Translations under genes and position numbers: made by a program
Notes under the pieces: generated by a model
Seen by the model: the letters and a program-made list of their open reading frames with translations, nothing else
Database searches by the model: none
What the model was told of the DNA's origin: nothing
From: Deltaproteobacteria bacterium
Lineage (GTDB): Bacteria > Desulfobacterota_D > UBA1144 > Nemesobacterales > UBA2774
Length of the DNA stretch: 64,000 nt
Direction of reading: 5' to 3'
Assembly (NCBI GenBank): GCA_029262275.1
Contig: JAJCZS010000032.1
Span: forward strand, 5,623 to 69,622
In this document: piece after piece, positions 1 through 12,284 of the stretch
How positions within the stretch are numbered: the stretch's first letter is position 1
How the letters are laid out: each line of letters begins with the position of its first letter

Positions 1-374
1 ATGCCTTATATGATATGATGGATTATGAGAAAGCTTCTAGATTGATTGATAGAAATGCAATTGAAGTTGCACCGCTTGCATTTATGAGAGGTAGAACCTT
101 AAACGATGCCTTTGTAGTTCTTGATGAGGCCCAAAACACCACCCCAATGCAGATGAAGATGTTCTTAACCAGACTGGGTTTCAATTCAAAAGCTGTAATT
201 ACTGGGGATACTACTCAAATAGATCTTGGTGGTGAGGAAAAATCAGGCCTTCTAGAGGCAGAATCATTGGTTAAAAAAATAGATGGTATTTCGTTCGTAT
301 ATTTTTCCAAAAATGATGTAGTTAGACATCCGCTTGTTAGACAGATAATAGAAGCATACGAGCAAAAGTCTTAA
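1..374 (+). CDS. PhoH-like ATPase, C-terminal part (5' end cut by the window edge; frame is open from position 3)
   Basis: Translation [49 protein letters not shown] is the conserved PhoH core (Walker B DEAQN followed by GDxxQ). The frame is open upstream to the window start. Confidence 0.8.
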   Translation, partial: ALYDMMDYEKASRLIDRNAIEVAPLAFMRGRTLNDAFVVLDEAQNTTPMQMKMFLTRLGFNSKAVITGDTTQIDLGGEEKSGLLEAESLVKKIDGISFVYFSKNDVVRHPLVRQIIEAYEQKS

Positions 375-420
375 CCATTGTGTATAATTTGAACGAATTA
401 GGTTTTATTTGGAGGTATTA

Positions 421-879
421 ATGAAAAGAAATTTATATTCTTTTATTGCTTTTTTTGCTCTAATTTTTACACTAGCTTCCTGTGCACGTGACTGGCAAGA
501 TCCGGACACTGCGATATCCGCACAGAGTATAAGTATTGCAACTCTTATAACAAATAGACAGGCTTATGCTAGTGCAGGAGTTTCATTGATAGGGAAGGTT
601 TGGAATTTAGAGACCGGCTCTGTTCATAGTCAAACTCAAGATGGTACTGAACAGACTTATACAACATTTATATTGGCTGACAGAGCAGGTACTGGTATAG
701 ATGTTTATGCCCCGGGAGATGTAGCCATTGAAGAGGGTGATTTTGTTAGAGTGGTAGGTATTTATAGAAAAGAATTTCAACGTACTGGGGATTATTTCTT
801 AAATGTTGTGGATGCAGTCCGTATAGAAGAGTGGAATCCTGGTTTAGGGTATTGGCTTAAAGAATTTGAATGGGATTAA
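421..879 (+). CDS. hypothetical lipoprotein
   Basis: ATG at 421 is preceded by GGAGG. The signal peptide MKRNLYSFIAFFALIFTLASC carries a lipobox (LASC). No recognisable family. Confidence 0.45.
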   Translation: MKRNLYSFIAFFALIFTLASCARDWQDPDTAISAQSISIATLITNRQAYASAGVSLIGKVWNLETGSVHSQTQDGTEQTYTTFILADRAGTGIDVYAPGDVAIEEGDFVRVVGIYRKEFQRTGDYFLNVVDAVRIEEWNPGLGYWLKEFEWD

Positions 880-898
880 AGGTTATAAAAAGACACAC

Positions 899-3440
<2,542 letters not shown>

Positions 3441-3441
<1 letters not shown>

Positions 3442-5039
3442 TAAAATTTAACCTGCGCAACCGAAATAATATCGGAGAGATTTGAAATTTGTTCTATAAC
3501 CTCGGACGGTACTGGGGAATCTACATTGGTAAATACAATGGCTCTTCCGCCAATGGATTCTCTACCTAAATGAAGCCGACCTATATTCACATTGTTATCA
3601 CCAAGAACTGAGCACATAGACCCAATGAATCCTGGTTTATCGTTATTTTCACTTACCAGCATATAACCTTGGGGCACTAAGTCAATTGTAACCCCATTTA
3701 TGTTTACAATTCTAGGTTCTTCCTTTCCAAAAATAGTACCTGAAACCTGGCTTTCACCATCTTCCATTTTTATTTTTAAAGTAATTGAGCTCGTATAATC
3801 TTTTGCCTCGGATGATTTAGCTTCGACAACCTTTATTCCTCTTTCTTTTGCTATTACTGGTGCATTAACATGGCTTACAACGACATCCATCATAGGTGTC
3901 AAAAAACCCTTAAGCGCCGAAACTGTAATAGGGGAGGTGTCCAATTCTGATACCTCTCCATCGTACTCTAATATTACTTCTTTTATACCGCCCTTGCATA
4001 GTTGTCCCTGAAGTGTCCCTAGTTTCTCGGCGAGGTTTAAATAAGGTTTCATAACCACTAACGCCTCAAGGCTAACTGAGGGCATGTTAACTGCATTATT
4101 TACTACTCCATTTACCAAGAAATCTACGATTTGCTCCGAGATTGCAAGCCCCACTTTTGTCTGAGCCTCGGCAGTGGAAGCTCCAAGATGAGGAGTCATT
4201 ACTATGTTCTCATCAATTGACAGTATCGGGTTATCTGCCTCAACTGGCTCTGATGTGTAGACATCAAATGCAGCTCCGGCGATTTTTCCTGATTCTACAG
4301 CTTCTTTTATATCCTCTTCGTTTATTACCCCGCCTCTGGCACAATTAACGATTATCACACCCGGCTTTGTTTTCTCAAACGTGTCTTTATTAACAAGGTC
4401 CTTAGTGTCTGGAGTAAGGGGTGTGTGCACGGTGATTACATCAGCCCTTTCTAATAGTTCATCAAATGATACTAGCTCAACACCTAATTTCTCAGCAGCT
4501 TCTTGGGTGAGAAAAGGATCATAGGCTATAACATTCATCTTAAGCCCCATTGCCCTCTCAGCAACAAGTTTTCCTATGTTGCCAAGCCCAATGCAGCCAA
4601 GTGTTTTGCCATATATTTCAATACCTTTGAATTTGCTTCTTTCCCATTTGCCAGCCTTAAGTGAAGCATGCGCTTCAGGAATTCTTCTGGCAAGTGAAAG
4701 CATCAAAGTAATAGTATGCTCTGCAGTCGTTATAGCGTTTGCCTCAGGGGTATTCATCACAACAATACCCTTTTTGGTTGCAGCCTCTACGTCTACATTA
4801 TCTACACCAATTCCCGCTCTTCCGATAGCTGTTAGGTTTGTTCCAGCCTCAATAAGATCAGCGGTTAAATTGGTTGCACTTCTTATAACAACGGCGTCAA
4901 AATCGCCGATAATTTCCATAAGTTCTTCTTTTGGTATGCCTTTTCTTACATCTATATCTAGTTCTGTAGCTGCCTCAAGGATCTCAAGACCGTCCTTAGC
5001 CATACCGTCTGTTATTAATACTTTCAATTTATCCTCCAA
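3441..5039 (-). CDS. serA: D-3-phosphoglycerate dehydrogenase with C-terminal ACT domain
   Basis: 2-hydroxyacid dehydrogenase NAD-binding GxGxxG (GCIGLGNIGKLVAERA), a catalytic His region, and a 532-aa long form with an ACT/ASB tail. Confidence 0.9.
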
Positions 5040-5222
5040 GAATTATTACGGGGTGATATTTAACGGCTAACAATATATTCTAGCTATGAATTTTGTCAAT
5101 TTGATCTTAGCAGATGCGTATAGGTTAAGCGCCCTATTATTTAGATAACTTATTATATGAATTCATCTAATAATATGATACCATTGTGTCCGTTTACCAA
5201 CGATCCATCAAGGAGGATTACA

Positions 5223-6095
5223 ATGACCAGATTAATATTCACTTTGTTAATAGCTTTATTCATATGTGCATCTTATCACCAGATTTCACATGCTGTTTGT
5301 ATTGGACCAATAGAAGATGTCATATCTTGTATCGATGACCCACCTAATCCAGACCCTGATGGAGTGCAGCAGAACGCCAATCCCAATAATCTTGGAGTCA
5401 ATGTTTTAGAAAATGCTGGAATTGATACGTTTAGCGGTAATGGTCTCGATTGTATCCTCACAGGTGATGGCAATGATAATATTGCAATAATAGAAGCTAC
5501 GCTTGATTGTCAGCAGGATGCTGTTAATCCATGGGATGGAACAAATACAATAAATATTACTAATTCAACCTTAACATCCAGAAGCGACGTTATTGATGCA
5601 TTTAATGGGACAAATACTATCAATGTCCAAGGTTCGAGTTTGATTTGCGCAGGTATGAATTTAGGTTGTGATGGCATGAATTTGAGCGGTGGTGATGATG
5701 AAGTTACCGTGACACAATCAATTATTAGCGGGCTAGGTTTTTCTTTCAGATTGGGGAGTGGTGATGATACTCTTCGTTTAGGTACAGGAGCAGATATAAG
5801 GGGTGTAATAGAATGTGATTTTGGTATTAACCCTGGTGATTCACTAATATTTGCTATGGAAGTACCAGAAAGCCAACTTGTTTCACTCTCAGCGGAAATT
5901 GCTTTATTAGCACCAAATGACAGTATTGTTATAAATGGTTTGTTTTATGAGTGGGAAGACTGTGCCAATATTGTGAATGAATTATCAACTATAGCACCTA
6001 TCCCAACCCTCTCCGAGTGGGGATTGATTGCAATGGCAGGACTTCTTGGAATAGTTGGTTTTATGGTTATGAGAAGAAGGAAAGTAACTGCTTAA
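5223..6095 (+). CDS. secreted repeat protein with IPTL-type C-terminal sorting signal (paralog 1)
   Basis: AGGAGG precedes the ATG at 5223 and a signal peptide is present. Internal repeated [ST]G[GN]D[DT]hhh motifs are beta-roll or beta-helix-like. The tail IPTLSEWGLIAMAGLLGIVGFMVMRRRKVTA has motif, transmembrane helix and Arg cluster. A rho-independent terminator follows. Confidence 0.75.
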   Translation: MTRLIFTLLIALFICASYHQISHAVCIGPIEDVISCIDDPPNPDPDGVQQNANPNNLGVNVLENAGIDTFSGNGLDCILTGDGNDNIAIIEATLDCQQDAVNPWDGTNTINITNSTLTSRSDVIDAFNGTNTINVQGSSLICAGMNLGCDGMNLSGGDDEVTVTQSIISGLGFSFRLGSGDDTLRLGTGADIRGVIECDFGINPGDSLIFAMEVPESQLVSLSAEIALLAPNDSIVINGLFYEWEDCANIVNELSTIAPIPTLSEWGLIAMAGLLGIVGFMVMRRRKVTA

Positions 6096-6127
6096 ATTCT
6101 AAAAATATTTCAATTTAAAATATCTTA

Positions 6128-6150
6128 AGGGAGCCTCGCCTCCCTTTTTT
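6128..6150 (+). terminator. rho-independent terminator after IPTL paralog 1
   Basis: GGGAG-cctcgc-CTCCC hairpin followed by TTTTTT. Confidence 0.7.
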
Positions 6151-6214
6151 GTTTTGCTTTCTAAACTCAAAAATTGAGAACCCTCTTCTATTAAGTTAGT
6201 CTTTTGCCCAATCT

Positions 6215-6985
6215 ATGAACGAAGATAAAATGTCATTTCTAGATCACCTGGGAGAACTCAGGAGGCGACTACTATGGTCGCTTCTAGCTGTAGGTATCTT
6301 ATTTATCCCTGCTTATTACTTCTCAAATGAGATTTTTGAATTCTTGATGAAGCCTTTAATCGAGAATCTTCCTGAGGGCAGCTCCTTAATATTCACCCGT
6401 CCTGCAGAAGGTTTCACTACTTATTTAAAGGTTTCTTTTTTTGCTGCTCTTTTAGCGGCAGTCCCTTTTATTCTCTATCAGGGCTGGAAATTTGTGGCCC
6501 CTGCGCTGTACAAAGAAGAAAAGCAGGTAGCAGTCCCGTTTATTCTATTTGGCACACTATTTTTTCTGGCAGGTGCTGCTTTTTGTTATTACGTAGCATC
6601 TCCTCCAGCGTTTAAGTTCTTATTAAATGAGTATTCATCTGAATATGTAAAAGCTTTTCCTACAATCAGGGAAGCTCTGTCTTTTCTAATGGCATTGATT
6701 TTTGGTTTCGGTCTCGTCTTTGAATTTCCGCTTATAATTTTCATCCTGGCTCGGATCGGAGTTGTCACAAGCTCTTGGCTTAGGCAAAAGAGAAAATACG
6801 CTGTCATAATAAGCGCGATGATTGCAGCAATGCTTACTCCTACAACCGATGCCATATCCATGATGCTTATGTTTGTTCCAATACTTGTTTTCTATGAGCT
6901 CGGGATTTTAGTTGCATGGATGTTTGGAAAGAAAAAAAAGGATCAGAATCCTAATGAAGATACTGAGGAAGAAATCTTTAAATAA
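6215..6985 (+). CDS. tatC: twin-arginine translocase subunit TatC
   Basis: N-terminus MSFLDHLGELRRRLLWSLLAV and six predicted transmembrane segments in the usual TatC layout. No tatA/tatB is adjacent. Confidence 0.9.
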   Translation: MNEDKMSFLDHLGELRRRLLWSLLAVGILFIPAYYFSNEIFEFLMKPLIENLPEGSSLIFTRPAEGFTTYLKVSFFAALLAAVPFILYQGWKFVAPALYKEEKQVAVPFILFGTLFFLAGAAFCYYVASPPAFKFLLNEYSSEYVKAFPTIREALSFLMALIFGFGLVFEFPLIIFILARIGVVTSSWLRQKRKYAVIISAMIAAMLTPTTDAISMMLMFVPILVFYELGILVAWMFGKKKKDQNPNEDTEEEIFK

Positions 6986-7076
6986 CATATAGATTGACTT
7001 TTTCCCATTAGAAAATAAATTTTCCTAATAGGATAGGATCTTATAACTAAGCTGCTATTCCAATTTATCTAGAGAG

Positions 7077-8804
7077 GTGATATGGATGGCTCCTAAAACT
7101 ACCAAGAAAAAAATCAGAGATCTCAGGCACCCCATTACTTACAAGAGAGAGACCGGAAAGTTCGATGTTGAGTGGTATCTCAAGCATGACAAAACAAAAT
7201 GGGTGCTCCCTGAAGTTCTAAAAGAGCAGGCCAAGAAACTAGGCAAGAAACCTTTCCTGCAGTTTGGATATAACAAACCTATTAGTTTTTATCAAACCAA
7301 TAAGCTAGCAAATAAAATTGCAAACGGCCTTTTGGAAATGGGCGTAAAAAAGGGAGATAAGGTTGCAGTCTACATGCCTAATTCTGATGACTATGTGATT
7401 ACATGGTTTGGCATATTAAAAATGGGAGCTGTGATGGTCCCAATCAACACCGGCTACAAAATGGATTTTCTCCAGTACATAATAGACAGCTCAGACTCGA
7501 CTGTGCTCTTTATTGCAGAGGAATATCTTGAGCGCATGCCTCCAATAGCAAAGAAAATTCCTCAACTAAAAAATGTAATTGTATGGACAAGGGACGGCTC
7601 TGAAAAATTCGATAAGCACGGCTATAACTTCAAGAAAATGACTTCTTATACAAAGTTTATTACGCCACAAAAAACTTCAGAACCAAAAGTTAAAATTATA
7701 TTCGTAGACCACGCACGTCTAATGTATACATCAGGCACAACGGGGAGATCAAAGGGTGTTGTAAGACCATGTGCTGCGGATTATTCAAGCGCTAACAACT
7801 ACGCCCAGATAATGGATGTTGGTCCAAAAGATGTCTGTTTCACTTGTCTGCCGCTCTTTCATTCAAATGCTATGGTGATGACTGTCTATCCCGCACTGAT
7901 CAAGGGTGCCAAGGTTGTAGTTGAAGAGAAATACAGCGCTAGCCAGTTCTGGAAGTGGATGGTAGATCATAAGGTTACGAAGTTTAATATAGTAGGGACC
8001 ATCTCTTACTTTATGTGGAATACGCCACCTGTGCCTGAAGAAAAACAACATAAAGTGAAGCTAGTTTTAGGTTCTCCTGCGCCACACGACATAATCGAAG
8101 AGTTTATGAAAAGGTTTAATATCAAGTTTATGGAAGGCTATGGTCTCACTGAGATTGGACAGTGCACGTGGATGCGCCCGGGTGAAGTGTTCAGGGTTGG
8201 ATCGTGCGGAAAAGAGGCTCCAGGCTACGAGATTAAAATAGGAGACCCGGAGACGGATGAGGAAGTCAAAAGAGGTGAAATAGGAGAGATCATAGTTCGC
8301 CCAAGAACTCCAAATGTAATGCTCCACTATTACAACAAGATGCCCGAGAAGACTGTAGAGGATTTTCGCAATTTTTGGTTTCACACTGGGGACGCCGGAA
8401 GGATGGACAAAGACGGCTATATCTATTTTGTAGATAGGGTCAAAGACTACCTCAGGTGTAAAGGTGAGAATATAAGCTCTTTTGAGGTAGAAAAGGTAGT
8501 AGGTTCTCATCCCGATGTTGAAGAATCAGGAGCCATAGGTGTTAAGGCAGAGAGCGGACGCTACGCAGAAGATGAACTTATGATAGTTGTTGTACCCAAA
8601 AAAGGTAAGACAATTGACCCGATTAAACTTATTAAGTTCCTTGAGCCAAAGATGCCCTACTTTATGATCCCTAGGTTTATTAGGTTTGAGAAGTCGCTTC
8701 CAAAAACTGGAACACTTAGGGTGCAGAAGAATAAACTTCGTGATAAGGGTATTACAAAGGACACCTGGGATATGAAAAAAGCAGGTTACAAAGTTAAAAG
8801 ATAG
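7077..8804 (+). CDS. AMP-dependent synthetase/ligase (acyl-CoA synthetase family)
   Basis: AMP-binding signature YTSGTTGRSKGV plus the C-terminal GDAGRMDKDGYIYFVDRVKD motif. Confidence 0.85.
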   Translation: MIWMAPKTTKKKIRDLRHPITYKRETGKFDVEWYLKHDKTKWVLPEVLKEQAKKLGKKPFLQFGYNKPISFYQTNKLANKIANGLLEMGVKKGDKVAVYMPNSDDYVITWFGILKMGAVMVPINTGYKMDFLQYIIDSSDSTVLFIAEEYLERMPPIAKKIPQLKNVIVWTRDGSEKFDKHGYNFKKMTSYTKFITPQKTSEPKVKIIFVDHARLMYTSGTTGRSKGVVRPCAADYSSANNYAQIMDVGPKDVCFTCLPLFHSNAMVMTVYPALIKGAKVVVEEKYSASQFWKWMVDHKVTKFNIVGTISYFMWNTPPVPEEKQHKVKLVLGSPAPHDIIEEFMKRFNIKFMEGYGLTEIGQCTWMRPGEVFRVGSCGKEAPGYEIKIGDPETDEEVKRGEIGEIIVRPRTPNVMLHYYNKMPEKTVEDFRNFWFHTGDAGRMDKDGYIYFVDRVKDYLRCKGENISSFEVEKVVGSHPDVEESGAIGVKAESGRYAEDELMIVVVPKKGKTIDPIKLIKFLEPKMPYFMIPRFIRFEKSLPKTGTLRVQKNKLRDKGITKDTWDMKKAGYKVKR

Positions 8805-8856
8805 TCTATAAATAGGTTAAACATGTTATTAGGATAGATTTTTTAAGGAGGAGAAA

Positions 8857-9528
8857 ATGTTAAGGATAATTCCAGTAATGTTTTTGGCGGTTGTTATAGC
8901 ATTATTGTCATCCATAGGCTCGATGGCGGATGACTCATTGGGGGTCTCAGAATTCCGCAAACTGTATGACAGTATGCTTTCTGGGAAGACACTTGTTAAT
9001 GAAACGCAGCAGGATGGAGTTGTTGTAAAAAAAGAAAGAATATATGGAGCAGCTGTGGATACAGGAGATGGAGATTTTGATATTCCTGTGACTCAAGTAA
9101 TTACATATACAAAAGACGGCAAATTAGAACTGCGGGCAAAAGTTAATATTGTTGATAGAGTAAATGATCTTGGCGGTCGTGCGATTATTCAGGAAGAAAT
9201 TACTGGCATTAGCGTGCTTGAGGAAGGAGACAAAGTGCCTGAAGATGCACACGGGGTCGAGTTTGGTGGAATATACCGCGTTGGCAAGAATGCCCAAGGC
9301 GGATTTGATGTCCACAATTTTGCACTAACCCCTTCATTGTTAATTGAGGGTGATAAGTTGTCTCTAACGGGCTCCATGACTACATTTTCATGCTCGGCTC
9401 AGGATACTAAGACGGTTTGTAACAACACAGTTCGTGATTTTGAACTAGGAGACTATGAACCTTATAAAGGATATAAGCTTGGTAAAGCAATTGGTGGAGA
9501 TTTTACAGAGACGTTTGTAAGCAAATAA
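8857..9528 (+). CDS. hypothetical secreted protein
   Basis: A GGAGG RBS and an N-terminal signal peptide; no recognisable family. Probably co-transcribed with the next gene (4-bp gap). Confidence 0.5.
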   Translation: MLRIIPVMFLAVVIALLSSIGSMADDSLGVSEFRKLYDSMLSGKTLVNETQQDGVVVKKERIYGAAVDTGDGDFDIPVTQVITYTKDGKLELRAKVNIVDRVNDLGGRAIIQEEITGISVLEEGDKVPEDAHGVEFGGIYRVGKNAQGGFDVHNFALTPSLLIEGDKLSLTGSMTTFSCSAQDTKTVCNNTVRDFELGDYEPYKGYKLGKAIGGDFTETFVSK

Positions 9529-9558
9529 GATTTGTTCTATAAACAACGGAGGGCAATA

Positions 9559-9936
9559 ATGAAAAATACAATTTATATTTTGGCACTATTAATAGTTTCC
9601 TCGTCGTATGCATTTGCAGACCCGGTAATAGATCCTGCAAGCATTAAAAATCAGGACAAGTACTACAGAGATAATGCAGAGTGCAAGGCGCTTGCTAAGG
9701 ACAACAAAGGTGGTGTAGGCATAGTTGCAAAAGACACTGCAATTGGAGCTGGTGTTGGCGCAGGCACCGGGGCTTTGCTTGGAGCAATTGGCGGAAGCGT
9801 AGGTAAGGGGCTTGGTATAGGAGCTGTAGTGGGCGGCGTTGCAGGCGGCGGAACTAGTATATATAAAAACCACAAGAACTATGATGAAATCTACAAGAAC
9901 TGTATGAGAGGAAGAGGGTACAGAGTATTAAACTAG
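9559..9936 (+). CDS. glycine-zipper outer-membrane lipoprotein (17-kDa antigen-like)
   Basis: ATG at 9559 after GGAGGG. The signal peptide is followed by a Gly-rich glycine-zipper segment (GAGVGAGTGALLGAIGGSVGKGLGIGAVVGGVAGGG). Confidence 0.6.
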   Translation: MKNTIYILALLIVSSSYAFADPVIDPASIKNQDKYYRDNAECKALAKDNKGGVGIVAKDTAIGAGVGAGTGALLGAIGGSVGKGLGIGAVVGGVAGGGTSIYKNHKNYDEIYKNCMRGRGYRVLN

Positions 9937-9937
9937 T

Positions 9938-10654
9938 CTAAACTGCAGTTTCTAGTATTAGAACTATTAGAAAACCGACAAAGAACATGATTGTGGAGAA
10001 AGCAGAATCCTCTTCTCCACTGTGGGCTTCAACTAGCAGCTCTTCGGTAACTAAATAGAGAAGTGCCGCAACTGCAAAAGCAATAATTCCTTCTAGCACT
10101 GAGCCGTGAATTCCTTGAAGTAGCGTTCCTCCAATAACGGCTCCAATAAATACCAAAATTGAGAGAACCACAGTAGTAAGAATTATTCTTGATTTGCTCT
10201 TTCCTTCTTTTGCTAAAGATGATGCAACCGAGAGTGCAAGGAATAAGAGCTCTATAGCAAGAGCTATAGTTATAATAATTCCGGCCCTTAATCCTACATC
10301 GAAGCTCACGCCAATAAGCAGACCATCAATAAAAACATCTACCCCTGCTGCAACTACCAGCCCTCCAGAGCCACCCTTACCCTCAAATTTCTCAGAAAAC
10401 TTCCTTACTGCTAGCATCAAAGCAACTCCTGCAGAGAAGCCTATGATTAGGGGTAAAATCTTTAGATTGGTAACTAACTCGGGTAGTAGCTCGAGACCAA
10501 CAGCTGCAAAAACTACCCCTGCAGCAAAATGCTGAACCGTAATTCTGGTTCTCTCCCCCGGGGACCTGTATGCAGCTATTATTCCGCCAATAATAGTGAC
10601 CACTACGGGGATTAAAACATAAGTCAAAATAGTTTGTAACGAATCTTCCATCAT
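9938..10654 (-). CDS. ZIP-like metal cation transporter (divergent, few His)
   Basis: Eight predicted transmembrane helices and a C-terminal LLYLVTEELLVEAH motif that resembles the ZupT/GufA C-terminus. The family assignment is tentative. Confidence 0.45.
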   Translation of the reverse strand: MMEDSLQTILTYVLIPVVVTIIGGIIAAYRSPGERTRITVQHFAAGVVFAAVGLELLPELVTNLKILPLIIGFSAGVALMLAVRKFSEKFEGKGGSGGLVVAAGVDVFIDGLLIGVSFDVGLRAGIIITIALAIELLFLALSVASSLAKEGKSKSRIILTTVVLSILVFIGAVIGGTLLQGIHGSVLEGIIAFAVAALLYLVTEELLVEAHSGEEDSAFSTIMFFVGFLIVLILETAV

Positions 10655-10816
10655 CTTTTCCTAGATTGCATAGAAATCTAACTGTTTAGTTATGCTTAAT
10701 CGAGGTCTTGAGAAACTTTTTCTCAGGTTGTTTCTCTAATTTATGAAGTAGTCATTCTGCTATTTGGTGCTTTAGATTTTTTTAATAAAGTGTTACTGTA
10801 TTCTCAAGGAATAAAG

Positions 10817-12235
10817 ATGAAACGTAGATTAATTCTAATTGCACTTATCACAATGCTTATCGGATGCGGGGGAGCAGAGTATAAAACTCCAGATTTAGGT
10901 GGTCTGTATTCAAAAGCTGCTAGGAGATCGCATGATCAAGGCAACGCTGTGATTGTAATACCTGGAATCCTGGGTTCTAAATTAAGAGACGGCGACAGCG
11001 GGCAGCTTGTCTGGGGTGCTTTTGAAAAATCCACCGCTGATCCTGAAAGTCCAGAAGGTGCTAGGCTTGTAGCAATACCAATGGAAATGGGTGCACCACT
11101 TAGCGAATTAACAGATAACGTACATTCAGACGGCGCTTTGGATAAAGTTAAGGTAACACTCTTTGGCCTTCCAATAGAATTAAATGCTTATGTGAATATT
11201 CTAAGCACTTTGGGCGCTGGAGGTTATTTAGATCAGTCCATTGCTTCAAATGATCTAAATAATATTGATTACGGCGATGATCACTTTACCTGTTTTCAGT
11301 TTGCTTATGATTGGCGGCTTGATAATGTGGAAAATGCCAAGAGGCTAAATGCTTTTATAGAAGAGAAAAGAGCTTACATATTGGAAGAGTATAAAAAGAG
11401 GGGCATGGCTAAGGATGATGTTAAGTTCGATATTGTTGCTCATTCAATGGGTGGTCTCGTTACAAGATATTTCCTTAGATATGGTTCAAATGATTTGCCA
11501 GAGGACGGCTCAGTACCTGAGGTTACATGGGACGGAGCAAAGTATGTGGATAAGGTGATAATAATTGGAACTCCAAATGCAGGTGCAGTGGGTGCAGTTG
11601 AAAACTTGTTTGTTGGAAGAGACTTTGGACCATTTCTTCCCAAATATGAACCAGCGGTTATAGGAACAATGCCATCTCTATATCAACAATTGCCAAGGTC
11701 CAGGCACCGTGCAATTTTGGATGAGAATAGAGAAGTGGTGGATATACTGGATGCTGACCTTTGGGTTCAAAATGGTTGGGGACTTGCAGATCCAAACCAG
11801 GCGCACGTGCTTGAGTGGTTGCTCCCCGATGTTTCCGATCCTAAGGAGAGAAGAGAGATTGCTATTGATCATTTAAGAAAATCTATGAAAAGAGGAAAGC
11901 AGTTCCAAGAGGCCCTTGACCAGCCAGCAACCCCTCCAGAGCGTCTGCAATTATTCCTTTTAGCTGGTGACGCAATACCTACGGGGTCTGCTGTGACAAT
12001 AAATTCTACTAAGGAACATTTTGAAGTAACTGACTACCAACCTGGTGATGGCACTGTGACACGCTACAGCGCGCTTATGGATGAGAGGACAGGCGGCACG
12101 TGGACTCCGTATCTGCAATCTCCAATTAAGTGGTCAAACGTACAGTTTCTTTTCTCAGACCATCTGGGGCTTACAAAAGATCCCGGGTTTAGTGATAATG
12201 TCCTCTACATATTGCTAGAGCAGCCAGTTGATTAA
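10817..12235 (+). CDS. secreted alpha/beta-hydrolase lipase-like lipoprotein (LCAT/PGAP1-like)
   Basis: ATG at 10817 after AAGGA. Lipobox LIGC. Nucleophile elbow AHSMGG within VAHSMGGLVTRYF. Confidence 0.6.
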   Translation: MKRRLILIALITMLIGCGGAEYKTPDLGGLYSKAARRSHDQGNAVIVIPGILGSKLRDGDSGQLVWGAFEKSTADPESPEGARLVAIPMEMGAPLSELTDNVHSDGALDKVKVTLFGLPIELNAYVNILSTLGAGGYLDQSIASNDLNNIDYGDDHFTCFQFAYDWRLDNVENAKRLNAFIEEKRAYILEEYKKRGMAKDDVKFDIVAHSMGGLVTRYFLRYGSNDLPEDGSVPEVTWDGAKYVDKVIIIGTPNAGAVGAVENLFVGRDFGPFLPKYEPAVIGTMPSLYQQLPRSRHRAILDENREVVDILDADLWVQNGWGLADPNQAHVLEWLLPDVSDPKERREIAIDHLRKSMKRGKQFQEALDQPATPPERLQLFLLAGDAIPTGSAVTINSTKEHFEVTDYQPGDGTVTRYSALMDERTGGTWTPYLQSPIKWSNVQFLFSDHLGLTKDPGFSDNVLYILLEQPVD

Positions 12236-12284
12236 GCCCATTCTTTATTAAACTCTACTTTTCTGTAGTATTAATAGACATAAC

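Noticed and set aside
9589-9875. Two minus-strand ORFs (94 and 70 aa) inside the glycine-zipper lipoprotein gene
   Set aside because: Antisense to GGN-rich glycine codons, giving Pro/Ala/Thr-rich artefactual frames.
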